Positions 1-12,023 of a DNA stretch of 62,396 bases are shown here, piece after piece. The DNA is taken from assembly GCA_049999805.1 (NCBI GenBank), contig JBNGIO010006328.1, positions 93,626 through 156,021 of the forward strand, given 5' to 3'. Position 1 is the stretch's first letter, and the number at the start of each line of letters is the position of its first letter. The DNA is from Folioceros fuciformis (Eukaryota). A program made the position numbers and the translations under genes. A model generated the notes under the pieces. That model was not told where the DNA came from. It searched no databases and saw nothing but the letters and a program-made list of their open reading frames with translations.

Positions 1-344
1 CCGGAGGAAGTGATCTCCGAGGGGGGGCCGGAGGATGCAGGGATTGAGCGTGAGAGGTTGACTTGCTTCTGCTGCTCCGTGTGTCATGCAGCTCACTCGG
101 TTTGGTGCTCGTTTGTGTGCAGGATGCGAGTTTGGCGCAAGGAGAGTCAGGCGGAAGCGTTGGCGTGAGGTTTGGGAGTGGTTTAATTGGAGGTCGGGAG
201 CGAGGGAAGGCTAGGCGAGGCGAGGGAAGGAGGGAGTGAATGTGGAGGGAGAGGGAAGAGGCGGGGAGGCAGGAGGCCTGAAGTGGATCGCGAGGGGGAT
301 GCGGTGCTCTCTGGCCGCAAAGCCAAGGAGAGTGTGAGCCTTAA

Positions 345-1775
345 ATGAGTGCAGCCGTGTGTCTGGTCTTGCCGCAGCAGCAGCCGCAGCCGCAGCCGCA
401 GCCGCAGCAGGTCATGCTTCTGAACGGCTATGGCGGGGGGGAGCAGGGTTCGGAGGACAGCTTGGAGGACTCGCAGCAGGCGCTCCTGCCCCAGGACAAG
501 AAGAGTTTGAGCAGCATGCTGGCGCAGAGGGCTATGCATGAGCGCAGGCTCAAGCCGCCCGACCACACCATTCCCTGCCCGCGCTGTCAATCCATCAACA
601 CCAAGTTTTGCTACTACAATAATTACAGCCTCACGCAGCCGCGCCACTTCTGCAAGAATTGCCGACGCTACTGGACGGCGGGGGGAACGCTGCGCAACGT
701 GCCCGTGGGAGGAGGATGCCGCAAGACCAAGCGGGTGAAGAGGAACAACGCCGACTCGTCCAATACCTCGTCGGTGGATTCGTCCGTGTGCGGATTCAGG
801 AGCGAGGCCGGCAATGGTGGCTCTCCTTCCGTGCACCAGCCTTTCCTGCAGGCTCCTGCCGGCGGCTCCTCCACCTCCACCTTCTACGACGCCTCGCAGT
901 TTGACGAGGCCACCAAGGCGGCTATAGCCCGGGCTCAGCAGGTTATCCGGGCCGGACCCCCGGGGGTTGGCCACAGCAGCCACGAATCCTCCCCTGGCTC
1001 CGACGGGACGGGCCCTGGTCCCGGAGGCCCCCTCGGCTCCTCCCTCACCGCTCAGACCTTCGATTCTGGCATCATGGCGCAAGGTTTTTTCGGATCTGCT
1101 GCGGCCAAGCATGAGGGGGGAGGTGTCCCGCACAGCAACGGTGATTTGAGCTCCATCTTTGAGGCCCACGCTTACAGGGCGGCTGCGGCGGGGGGCCAGC
1201 CGCTGAGCGACGGAATGAACGGCTTTTCGCACCACGTCCCGGATGTGGATGCGTATGGGGGCGGGGGACACCATGTGGACACCGATGGCCATCACAGCCA
1301 CTGGCGGGTGCAGCACAAGGTGGCCGCCGAGATGTGGGCAGACGAGGATCATCAGCATCAGCATGCGCAGGAGCGGGAGGAAGTGGTCCCAATGCCTCGT
1401 GCCGCGGATCACCTTCGGAAGGCTTCGCTCTCGGTCGTCCACGGCCAGGCTGAGAGCTTGAGACATGCGCTCAAGGGGAAATCGTCCTTGTGCTTGTCCC
1501 CTTCCAGCGGGCTGGACGAGGAAGGGAGCAGTCCCTGCAGCTCCGTGTGGGCGCCGGCCAATCCCAATTTGAATCCTTACGAGTCGACTCATGACCCGGG
1601 ATTCAACTGGCCGGGCCCTTGGACTACTCCGCTGGATCTAATGCCGCCCTCGGCCGTTCAATTCGGGATGCGATCCGAGCACCTCTTTGACCTTCCCAAG
1701 AGCAATCTGGTGAATCCCGTGAGTGTGGGCTTCGGGCTGGATGAATTCCACAGTGCTGACAGGAAATTGGCCTGA
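345..1775 (+). CDS. Dof zinc-finger transcription factor
   Basis: 476-aa ORF with an intact Dof domain [51 protein letters not shown]-terminal (QP)n tract from a CAGCCG repeat. Confidence 0.95.
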   Translation: MSAAVCLVLPQQQPQPQPQPQQVMLLNGYGGGEQGSEDSLEDSQQALLPQDKKSLSSMLAQRAMHERRLKPPDHTIPCPRCQSINTKFCYYNNYSLTQPRHFCKNCRRYWTAGGTLRNVPVGGGCRKTKRVKRNNADSSNTSSVDSSVCGFRSEAGNGGSPSVHQPFLQAPAGGSSTSTFYDASQFDEATKAAIARAQQVIRAGPPGVGHSSHESSPGSDGTGPGPGGPLGSSLTAQTFDSGIMAQGFFGSAAAKHEGGGVPHSNGDLSSIFEAHAYRAAAAGGQPLSDGMNGFSHHVPDVDAYGGGGHHVDTDGHHSHWRVQHKVAAEMWADEDHQHQHAQEREEVVPMPRAADHLRKASLSVVHGQAESLRHALKGKSSLCLSPSSGLDEEGSSPCSSVWAPANPNLNPYESTHDPGFNWPGPWTTPLDLMPPSAVQFGMRSEHLFDLPKSNLVNPVSVGFGLDEFHSADRKLA

Positions 1776-3993
1776 TGCCACTTCCTGAGGAGGAGTGGCA
1801 CCAACATGATTGGCAGACGCGGTTCTCTAGAGGCAGGGAGGGAGTTGCCCGCCCTTAGCTCTGCCTTGCCTTGTCGGTGCTGCTGTGGCAAGTATATTAT
1901 TCTCCACCACTTTCTTCCCCCCTGCTCCTCCACTCGGTCTACACCCCTGTTTACAATTTGGGCAAAGCAATTTGAAGCTGCTGAGGTCAACGTCAACGTC
2001 ATCATTCATGTCCTTACGGAAGTTGCGACGCCCTTAACCGATTCTTACCTGCAACAGCAGCTCCTCCATTCGATCTCCCGGCTTGGCCAGGAACCCAGTA
2101 GCGTAAGACCTTTCCTCTTGGAATACAGACATGACGGTGCCCAAGATTCATCATCAACTTTCTCCTCTCTGCAACATTGGACGGCGTTCCCCGGGCCCCT
2201 CTCAGAATGGGTTAGCAAGTAATGTTGTGCTTGGTTGAAACAACACAGGTTTCCCTCTTGCAGGTTCGCATGCAATTTTCTGTGGCAACAGACACACTGA
2301 TGATGCAACACAGGTGTGTGTAAATAACGTTGGAATTGTTCCGATTGGGCCATGAGGTTACACACCGCAGAGGGATCTGTTGCTGTTGGTACTATCTATA
2401 TCCGTCTTGGAGTGAGCTGGCTGGCCTAGGCCTCCTCGTGCGCTGAAGTGGTTTATATGTTAAGGAACGAAGCCTGTGGCACCTCCTTCATCGACCTGTA
2501 TATACGACTCACCATCCAAGAATGTACCCACCGCTTGCTGGTCGGTCTGTAGGTCTAATCCCCTATTAATCTCTCTAGTCGACTCCTGGTACAGAATCGC
2601 CAAATGTAGCCTGGTAGCCTTAGCTTTCTTTTCTTTTTTTTTTTGCTAGTTTGTTACTGTCTATGGTCAGGTTGAGCAGAAAGAAGTCGTAGGCCTTGTG
2701 GAGGCCGCGCAGATGAGATCGCAGCAGCCCATTCAAAGTCCTCGATTTGTCGAGGAGATGGAATTGTAACTTGGCATCCAATGTTTGTTGCCCAGCTATC
2801 CAATCTTTTCAGCTTTCACGTACGTGTGTGCAATGAATGTGTGTTTCCCTGCCCTCACTTCAAGCTTTGATCCAACCGGGTGTGCGTTTCCGTGTAACGC
2901 TGGCGATGGCGCCGGTATTGGCATTTTCCGTGTATCTGTGCGCTCCTCGTTCTGTGCATCGCGCGGGGATGTACCTGGCAGCCAACTTGGGTCTTCTCCA
3001 GGTCCCATGTGATCCCTTTCCGTCCTGGCTCGGGCTGACAGCGTTGCGTGCATCGCATAGCAGCAAAGAAGAGACTTTTTGTTTGATGCCAAGGGCAATG
3101 ATGATGGATCCATGGAGGGCGGCTTCGACTTGAGTCTGGGCCTGGACTCCTCGAGCTCTGACTTGGGCAGTGGGCGGGGCCTAGGGAGCGTGAGAGGCGA
3201 GGGGGCTTGGGCTGTCAGAGGCGGTAGGAGTGGAGGCTGGCCAAGACATGGCGAGCTGCAGCTGTTGGAGCTGGTGGGCATTGCAATGCAGCATGCATAT
3301 GGGGGCTTGGCATGGATTTGGGTTTGGGTTTCCAAGGTCTTCTGGGGTCTTCTCTGGTCTTCGAGGCTGCTGATCTCGAAGACCGGCTGTCTCGTTGTCG
3401 GGGGAGGCGGAGGTCCAGGCTCGAGCTCCGGTGCCGGGCAGGCGGGCACCCAGGGCCTGGCGTGCTTCTCTTCCATCCCGGCCTGTCCTGCCGCGTAATA
3501 AAGGGCTGCACTACTACTGACTGCACCCTTCTCTGATCTCTCTCAGAGGTCATCAATCTTGGTTTGGGCCAGGTCTAGGCCCAGGTCCAGGCTGCGCGTG
3601 AATCTCTAGGATCGCCCACTGCCACTGGACACTGGCTACTGCCCATTGGCCACTGTCGCAGTTGCGCCAACTATTTATAAACACACCAAAACAAGCCAAG
3701 TTGGAGAAGATGGTGGCAAACAAAGCATCCATCGGAGAGGCCGGCCATGAAGTGCACACACTACACTGCACACCCGGCGTGTTTCACATTCCCCAATCGC
3801 AGAAAGGAAATGAGGCAATGATCCAAGGGCACGCCACCACCCTCATGGCTGCCACTCGCACTTACTTTCGGCCGAGGCTGTGCTGTGATTGACCGGCAAT
3901 GACTAGCTACTCCTCCGAGCACCACCCCGCTACTTTATGTTCAGCATGCAAATCGCAGTAAATATTTTACATTCAAACTTCGAAAACGGTAAC

Positions 3994-4078
3994 TGGGGTG
4001 AGAGAGGCTCGAACTCTCGACCTCAGGATTTCTCGGTTGCTATGAGACCTACGCGCTAGCCAACTGCGCCACCACCCC
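3994..4078 (-). tRNA. trnM-CAT: Elongator tRNA-Met(CAT) with an 11-nt intron (4030-4040)
   Basis: Reverse complement reads GGGGTGGTGGCGCAGTTGGCTAGCGCGTAGGTCTCATA[GCAACCGAGAA]ATCCTGAGGTCGAGAGTTCGAGCCTCTCTCACCCCA, the plant nuclear tRNA-eMet pattern with the intron at 37/38. A T4 Pol III terminator lies at 3983-3986 and AT-rich TATA-like sequence lies upstream. Confidence 0.97.
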
Positions 4079-6844
4079 ATGTACTGCTTTGCGTGTTATA
4101 ATAACATTATAATGTGTAGATAATAATCAGGAGGCAGGTGGTCCATGGGAATAGAATTAAACTGGGAGGAGAGTGTTTTCTGGTGTCCGGAAGAAACGTA
4201 AGGAAGGAAAGGCATAGAAAAGGCAGGCCCCGCAAAGCGGCTCTCTGGCGTGGTCCTCCGCAGGCTGTTTGTGGGTGCACGGCATCTCGGCAGCCACATG
4301 GCAGGCCTGGCAGTGGGCCATTTGGGCGCCGTGTGGGCGTTAGGCCTTGCATGATATTGTGGGCTGGCTGGGCATTAGGGTAGTCGGAGAAGGAACCCGA
4401 ATGCATCCTGTGGGAAGCTAGTTTGTATACAAGCAACAGCAACCACTTCACGTGTGATCTGAGTGAGCCTGCCGGTGCTACTGTTGGCCCTGGCCAGCCC
4501 TGGCCAGCCCTGGCCATGGCAGTGGCACCCAAAATCCAACTGCTGAGTACAATCCTCCCTCCCTTCTTCCGGGTTCCTACCCCCTCTCCCCTCGCACACA
4601 GCTGTATGCAACGTAGTGTCGGCGGTTGCCACAACAGCCACCCAGCACACTTCCTACGTGGGCACTCTGCACCCTCCACCACCACAGTTACATCACCATT
4701 TCTTACACAAGTTTAGTACATACATATGTATGCTGCTGTTGCTGTTGTTGTTGTTGCTGCTGCTGGTGTACCACCGATCACCGTGCTTCCCTTGGTTCCA
4801 TCTCTTTCTACAGCTTTGCTCATGGCTTCTTTCCTACTCCCTTTAAAACACTAAGCAACACAAACAAGAAAGAGACAAGGACGACTACAGGAGAGGAGAG
4901 GAGAGCATAGCCTAGCACAGCAGAGCATACGCCGGACTACTTCTCGTATCAATGTCGCAACGAAAGATGTATGTTGGTGTGGGAGTGTGTGTTTTTGTGT
5001 TTGGGTATCTCCCCACCTCCTTCGATTCTCGTTTTAATGCAAAACAGGTGGTGAAATGGGATTGAAGATTCTCGTGGGGAGGGAGGCTGACGGCTGATGA
5101 GCGGCAACAGGGTTACGGAGAGGAGGTGGGCCATTGCCATCGGGGACATATGAGAGACGTATGTATAGAGAAGCGAGTCTCTCTTGTGTGGGGAGGTGAG
5201 CTCCAACGCTACAATACAGAAGGGGGGTGGGGGCGGGGCTGGGCGGGGGGGGCAGATTGATTCGCGTAACGCGATTTTGATTCTATCGCCAGCGAGCTTT
5301 GTAAGTCGTACTAATACCCCACACAAGCGTGCAGATCTCCAAACGCATGCTGGGGTGAGGAATCTGGCCAGTGTGTATCATCCCGTTTTCGTGAATAGCA
5401 GTGAGCTGCTCAGTCTGGCTGCTTGGCTGCTTGGAGGCACAGCACCAACCACCACCAACTTTCCGTCCCCGTTCCGTCAGGGCGGGCCATCAAAGTTGAC
5501 CACCGTCATCGCCAACGCAATGCCCCCACCCAACTCCACGGAGCCCGTTATGGGATCTGAGCGCGACCGTTAGGTCGGGATATGCAACCACGGCCGCACA
5601 TGCAGGGTAGCTTTCCGGTCACGGGATATGGGGCTCCCATTTATGGCGCGCATTCAATTTTCCATTTTCCGGCCACGGACTGGGGCGGGGCCAGTCGGTT
5701 GACGGGATCGACTTTAGCAACGCTCGCTTGGCCGGACGCGGGATCGACTCCCCTTCCTGCGCCAACATCTTATCATGCACTCTATCCGCAGCGGCTCCAG
5801 TATTCAAGTGCGCGCTGAGGCCCGGGCCTGGGCCCCCCAACCCTTCGTAAAATGATGGGAAGCCCGGCGACCCACGCGGGCCTGCATCAATGGCTGCCCC
5901 ACGGGCGGGCCACAGCGATGACGCGGCCGCCCTTCCTCCCGGGACTTCGCACCGTGTCCCCATTGCGCTGGGCCCGGGCCTCCCGGGAACCTCCTCGCGC
6001 GCGCTCGTGCGCCCTCGCCTCATTTAATGAGCCTCGGCCCTCCTAGGTTCTAGTCCCCGGCGCCAGGCCCGCATTATTATGGGCTACCGGGGACCACCGG
6101 CGCGGCCGGTCATCGTCCCCGCCCGGGTATCGCCACCTTACCGTTTTGCTAAACCCCTCGGGTTACGATTAAATAGCAGTCAGATAGAATACAGGGCAGC
6201 AAGCAGGGTGCTCGTACCGTGTTGGAAGACCAGAGTTTCTGCACTGCTGCAACAAGAGCCTGCGGGCAGGAGATGACAACGCCGCGTGGTGGTGAAGCTC
6301 ATTGGCCGGCCCATGGCCAGGCCCAGGACACCCAATATGTATCGGCTGCAATTCCACCAAAATATCCCAGCACCTGGGGCTGAGTCTGGGTCTGGAACTC
6401 TGGATGGATCCTACTTCAGCAATGGTGGATGGAGAAAAGCAAGCATGAATGTACGCTGCAGTACATACCATCAGCCTTTCCCCAGGTGGTCCCAACACTG
6501 GCACAAGGAGGAGCAGGGGGGCAGCGCAATCCTAACGACATTAGCGATCCAGGCTTGTCCTTGTCTGAACTGAGGAAGTTGCTCTCAAAATACCCCTCTA
6601 AACAGTGTCAGTGCCCACAAAAAAATTGGAACTTCAGCCATCCTGGGTGCCGGATTATATTAAAGGACGCTCAAGATTTGGTCCCGCTTGTCTGCTTTAG
6701 CAGGCAACTTGTACTTTTCTGGTGGGCGAGGGCGAAGGCACACCCCGTGGACGAATGTTTTGCAGAGAGGAACAGGTTTTCTGGGTCTTCAGTAGGATGG
6801 AGCAGCTTTGTATGTTATCTATGTGTACACATACATGAGCGGAT

Positions 6845-8932
6845 CTAAGACAGGAGCTTCATTACGTTCTCGTATACCAGGAATGTGATGGCTGACGATG
6901 GCACCGTTCTCAACAGGTGGGGTGCCATTCCCTTGTACAGACCTCGGATTCCTTCATACCTGTTTCGTGCATGCAACTCTTGGGTGAGCAATTCTGGAGG
7001 TGGAGCAGGCTTCGGAACTTTATGGGAAGATGCGACGGTCACCTCAATGTGTCGGTGAAAGCATGCCAGCTGTGGCTGTACTTGGCTACTCCGTTGATTG
7101 GTCGTTGCTGTGCACAATGAAGGGGGGTGGGGGAGGGGGTGTGAGGTGAAAGTCAAAATGCTAAACATCTGTTATGCAGAAGGATGCAGTACTCTTGAGG
7201 AAGTAAGGGATGCGAGCCTGTTAACTGCTGAACAACAAGAACGCAGGAAGAGGAAATGCAGGGAAAATGGCTCTGCTTCACTCACTTGGACCCGTGCTCG
7301 AACAACCTGTGAGCCAACAAAAGAATAAGATGACGCTAAGAAGCAGTCCCCGTGTCGGATCGGCAGAGAGTCCTATCTGGATAAATCTACCTGATAGGGA
7401 TAAGTCAATGACGAAGCAAAAATCTTGGCAGACGCTCCCAGGAGTACATAGTGCATAGATGTCTGTCAGCGAATAAATGTGTTGGCCATAGCACTGTTAC
7501 GATAAAAAATTCCAACTGCTGACAAAATAAAACAGACTACACGAGGGTATGCATACCAAGCTGGAATCTGGTGAGTCGTGCTGCTTTCCAAGTGCCTTCG
7601 CATCAATATTATGAAGGATCTTCTTGCCCTCCTCATAAGCCATGAATTGGAGGGCTCCATGAGAAACCTTCACGTTTGGACGGGGGTTGGGTGTTAGCCT
7701 ACGGTCTATGCTGGAACTCGACCATCAGATGAGGAGAACAACTCTGTGGGAAGAATGACTGAATACACACTGACCAGGAGGAGACTTGGACCCAAACCTT
7801 TGTACAAGCTAAGCCAACCCTCCTCCCTGATGATGCTCTTGACAGCATCTGCACAACCACGAGACCAGTAAAATTTTGACCACCGAGACACAAACGCACG
7901 AAGTTCTCCAATTCCGTAACCTGAATCAACTTAGCCCCACAGCTAAGCAGAAAATTCAACCTCGATGCAAAGCTGGAAAGCCATGTACCTGAGAATCCTG
8001 CGTACCGGCGCTGGGCACCATACTCGGGGGCTTGAAGCTGTAGCCGCGTTTTCACTAGCCACACAGGATTGGTGACAACAGAAACCTGAGTAGAGATGAA
8101 AAGCAGGAAAAGTCTATTTAAGGAGATGGTATCCTGAAGTAACCATCCAGTGAGAGGCGCGCTCGTCTCTGACACTGCACATCAAAAACAGAAAGCAGCA
8201 TAGAGCTGTTGATGAAATTTACCAGGGCACCAGCTTCTGCTGCCGAAAGAAGATGGAGTACTGGTCCTAACTCTCCTCCAGTACGTTTCTGGTGCCTTGA
8301 TTTTGCTGAGCTATACCTGCAAGAGAAAAGAAGATGATCAAGTTCACGGTTTCTTGGTGTCAAGGACTACTTGCAAACCTAAGGAATCAGAATCTACAAC
8401 ATCCAAGAAGCCCTTACTGGAAGAAGTACAAGCTCCAGGACAAGCTGGATCCAAGCAGTGCTGGAAACAGCCCAGCGTAGAGTCCTCTAACTCCCTGCCG
8501 CGATAGATTGAGGTTCTCAATGAGTTCTGCATCAGCGGAATTAGTGACAAATGAACGAAGTCCTTACAAAGTCCCTGCCTTACCTCCTTCCCCGCAATTT
8601 TGTAGACAGCATGAGCGGTACTCTTGTAATTAGGGAAGGAGTGATGGCGCCCATCATGAACTGCACACGCTAATCGGTTCAACAGGGTACAAGAACAAAC
8701 TTGCCGTGTCCGCTGCTTGAACAAGACCCTAAGAGATCGATCAAGCACCTTGAAAACGAGTCTTCACAATATCAAGAGGATGCAGGGTGACAACGGTAGC
8801 AGATCCTGCAACTGCTCCAGCGGTCGCGCTCTTCCACTCACCCTGCCATATCAAACCTATGTGAGGGACGGGATCAGCAACGTCAGACAGCAAGAAATTA
8901 GAGGAACTTACATTCGCCTGACGTTGGAGCAT
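6845..8932 (-). CDS. FOLT1: Mitochondrial-carrier-family folate/FAD transporter (FOLT1/SLC25A32-like), multi-exon
   Basis: Exonic peptides [63 protein letters not shown] and [37 protein letters not shown] carry carrier signature motifs; GT-AG introns; putative ATG at 8932 (MLQRQAN|gtaagt). Confidence 0.88.
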
Positions 8933-9251
8933 CGAGCTCAAATTGATGTTGTCACCAGCAGACGCGAGTCTGATGAGAGAAATGAACGATTACAAAATCT
9001 GCCGGCTACATCGGGGCCTCAATCCAGCAGGAGCTGAATTGCCTCCAAAGAGCGGAGACCCGCAACTGGGATCAACGTGCTGATGCTTAAGAAGGCTTTC
9101 TAGCAGCGCGAAGTTGTCAGCTGCACGGCTTTTGTCTTAACAAGCGCATACACAGTCGCTTTAAGATGTGTTTGAGCAGCTACTGAGATCTATTAGATCA
9201 GATATCGAGAGCCACCGAGATCAGCTACGCTTCATCTAACAAGCCACCTGC

Positions 9252-12023
9252 TCAATGGTGATCTCCACATGAACAGAACCCGTCCTTGAAGTGATGGACA
9301 CGATGTGCGTCTCTAACGATGATCTCCCGCTGCTCAATTCTTGAGACCATCTTAGTTCCACTATGGCAGTGATCACACATTCTGAGATTCTTCGTAACAA
9401 CAAGAGTTGCACCTTCAGGTGTATTCAAGAGTCCAAAAGCTAAAGCCAGCTTCTCAGCATGTCCACACAGAGGATCCTCCTCCGTCTGGGCAGAGATGGG
9501 CTGTGTCGACAGCATCACATTCCCTACCTCCTCGTCCTCCGTTGGCAGATTCAGACTCCGCAACTTTGCCCCGGTGTCGTCTCTCAGCTCCCCTACCGAA
9601 AATTCGTGCACCTCGTTGTTAACTTCGATTGTGGCCACCGCAAGCTTCTTCTGAAGCCCTGCGCTTCCTCGAAGCTCTTCAATGTGCCAGACATCATCCC
9701 ACCTGCCCGCATTCTCGTAAATTTGTGACATGACTACATACCAGGAAGCCTCTTGAGCTACTGTTTTTGTAAGATGGTCGAAACATCGCCTTCCTAGTTC
9801 TACATGGGCATGTGTTTTGCAGGCACTCAGCAAAGCCATCCAACCCACACTGTCTTGATCAATGAGTGGAGGGGTCTGTAGCATGTACTCCGCTTTCTCC
9901 AACTGCCCCGCTCGGCCCAGAAGATCGACGATGCTAGTGTAGTGCTCGATACCTGGGTTGATGCCGAAATCTTCTACCATTAGTTTGAAATAAACCAAAC
10001 CTTCGTCAACCAGCCCGGCATGACTGCATGCAACAAGAAGGCTTGTGAAAGTTGCGGCATCCGGTGCAACTCCTCCTCGGTGCATCGTGTCAAAGCACTG
10101 GAAGGCCATTGCAGGGTCATTATGCTGACCATAACCGTTGATAAGAGCATTCCAAGCCACTGCATCCTTTTCCGACAAGCTGTTGAAGACAGCGCGGGCA
10201 TCATCCAGGTTCCCACACTTGGCGTACATGTCCATCAAAGTGCTTGCAACAACCAGGTCTGTCTCTAGTCCTTTCTCTAATATCTGAGCATGAATCAGCT
10301 TGCCTTCCTGTACGGCTCCTTTGCTGCCACAGACTTTCAACAAGCTGAGGATAGTAACATTATCAGGTGTCATGCCTTCCCGTTGCATTCTCATGTAGAG
10401 CATCAGGGCTTCCGCAGCAAGCCCACGCTGGGCATATCCTCCAATCATGGCATTCCAACTCACTAGATTCCTCCTGAATGATGTGTCAAACACTGTCCGT
10501 GCAAGTTCCAGATTGTTGCATTTCGCATACATGTCTATTAGGCAGCTGCTGATGCACACATCAGCTGCCAGCCCCAGTTTCACAATCCGATCATGTAGCC
10601 ACTTGCCCTCCTGTAACGCTCCAAGGTCACCGCATACTTTAAGCAAGCTTAAGAATGTCACTCTATCTGGCAAAACGCCAGCCTGTTGCATGCTCCGATA
10701 CAGGTTAATGGCTTCCTGACCACGCCCAAGCTGCGCGTATCCCCCCATCATGGCATTCCACGCCACCACATCTTGTCTAGACAATCTGTCGAACACTTCC
10801 CTGGCTTCATCCAGGCAACCACATTTCGCATAAATGTCCACCAGAGCACTTCCTAGAAACGCATCTGATTCAAGCTGCAGATTCAGAATCTGTGCGTGGA
10901 TCTGCTTCAGCTCATGAATCGCCCCAATACTGGAGCAAGCCTTCAGCATAGCCAGAAATGTGACTCTGTCAGGAACCAAGCTGCTCAGCTGCATCTTCGT
11001 ACAGAGTTCAAGGGCTTCCTTCCCAAGCCCCTGTTGAGCATATCCTGCAATCATGGCGTTCCAAGTCACCACATTCTTGACTGGTAGTTCGTCAAAAACT
11101 CTGCGAGCATCTGATATACTACCACATTTGGCATACATACCTACTAAGCTGCTCCCCACAAGTTTGTGTGTTCCAAGTCCCGCTTCCTTGATATGTGCAT
11201 GAACTTTCTTGCCCTCTTGTAAGGCTCCAACGCTTCCACATGCTTTCAAAACTCCAATAAAAGTCACATGAGTGGGTTGCAATGTGCCCTGCTGCTGCAT
11301 CTCCAAGTACAGCTTAAGGGCTTCATGACCGTGGCCATGCTCAGTATATCCTCCAATCATTGAATTCCAAGTTACTGTGTTTCTAGTTGACAGCCCGTCA
11401 AACACCAAGCGAGCATCCTCTAGGCTCCTGCACTTCACATACATGTCCACTAGAGTGCTTCCCACAAACACATTTGAGCCATACCCATTGTTGACCACAT
11501 CTGCATGAACCGATTTACCAGCAGCCAGATCTGCAGCAAGACCACAAGCTTTCAAGGCAGCGACAAGCAAGAAATCATTTGGTTTCACAACTATCTGTTT
11601 CATTTGCTGATAAAGTTTGATAGCCTCCTCTGGTTGGCCATGCTCATAGTGCGCCACAATTATGGAAGTCCACACATATGGGTCCAATGGAGGAAGCTTG
11701 TTGAACACATGGTTTGCTTCCCAGAGACTGCCTTGGGATGCATACATGCGGATGATGGTGCTCCCCAAAAAGGTGTTCCGCTCATACCCACTTTTAACTG
11801 CAAGAGCATGGGCTTGCCTTCCAACCACCAAATCTTTATAGGCAATGCATCCCTTCACCAGACAATAAAACATGTTTCTGGTCAGTAGATGCCCTTCCTG
11901 GCCCCTGAGCTCCAGCAACCGATAGGCCGCATCCAGCTGACCCTCATCACAAAGATTGGTCCAGGCTTGAAATTCGGCAGACCCCTCACCCCACGCCACC
12001 CTACATTGTTCAAAGAAAAGCAT
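9252..12023 (-). CDS. PLS-class PPR protein with E domains and a variant DYW deaminase domain (HAE...DHH; DYW:KP/DRH-like)
   Basis: 923-aa ORF with P-L-S triplets (VTWNAMIxGYAQ, LVDMYAKCG, TFLSLLKVC), E1/E2 motifs and C-terminus LCGHAEKLALAFGL...KNLRMCDHCH...REIIVRDAHRVHHFKDGFCSCGDHH. An extra upstream exon is possible. Confidence 0.95.
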   Translation of the reverse strand: MLFFEQCRVAWGEGSAEFQAWTNLCDEGQLDAAYRLLELRGQEGHLLTRNMFYCLVKGCIAYKDLVVGRQAHALAVKSGYERNTFLGSTIIRMYASQGSLWEANHVFNKLPPLDPYVWTSIIVAHYEHGQPEEAIKLYQQMKQIVVKPNDFLLVAALKACGLAADLAAGKSVHADVVNNGYGSNVFVGSTLVDMYVKCRSLEDARLVFDGLSTRNTVTWNSMIGGYTEHGHGHEALKLYLEMQQQGTLQPTHVTFIGVLKACGSVGALQEGKKVHAHIKEAGLGTHKLVGSSLVGMYAKCGSISDARRVFDELPVKNVVTWNAMIAGYAQQGLGKEALELCTKMQLSSLVPDRVTFLAMLKACSSIGAIHELKQIHAQILNLQLESDAFLGSALVDIYAKCGCLDEAREVFDRLSRQDVVAWNAMMGGYAQLGRGQEAINLYRSMQQAGVLPDRVTFLSLLKVCGDLGALQEGKWLHDRIVKLGLAADVCISSCLIDMYAKCNNLELARTVFDTSFRRNLVSWNAMIGGYAQRGLAAEALMLYMRMQREGMTPDNVTILSLLKVCGSKGAVQEGKLIHAQILEKGLETDLVVASTLMDMYAKCGNLDDARAVFNSLSEKDAVAWNALINGYGQHNDPAMAFQCFDTMHRGGVAPDAATFTSLLVACSHAGLVDEGLVYFKLMVEDFGINPGIEHYTSIVDLLGRAGQLEKAEYMLQTPPLIDQDSVGWMALLSACKTHAHVELGRRCFDHLTKTVAQEASWYVVMSQIYENAGRWDDVWHIEELRGSAGLQKKLAVATIEVNNEVHEFSVGELRDDTGAKLRSLNLPTEDEEVGNVMLSTQPISAQTEEDPLCGHAEKLALAFGLLNTPEGATLVVTKNLRMCDHCHSGTKMVSRIEQREIIVRDAHRVHHFKDGFCSCGDHH

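Noticed and set aside
183-1592. 469-aa antisense ORF over the Dof gene
   Set aside because: Shadow frame of a GC-rich coding sequence; no recognisable domain.
2796-3498. Pro/Ser-rich ORF (2796-3476, minus) and its Gly-rich antisense ORF; a PIPAPSPALHGN peptide-hormone-like string
   Set aside because: Low complexity, no signal peptide, motif is not C-terminal and no family is recognisable; a transcript cannot be excluded.
3994-4078. Local tRNA-Met as primer for the Copia elements
   Set aside because: The PBS TGGTATCAGAG matches initiator tRNA-Met; this gene is the elongator (3' end CACCCCA).
5570-6145. GC-rich segment with local palindromes, possible hAT/MITE or miRNA precursor
   Set aside because: No convincing TIR/TSD pair and no conserved plant miRNA sequence recognised.
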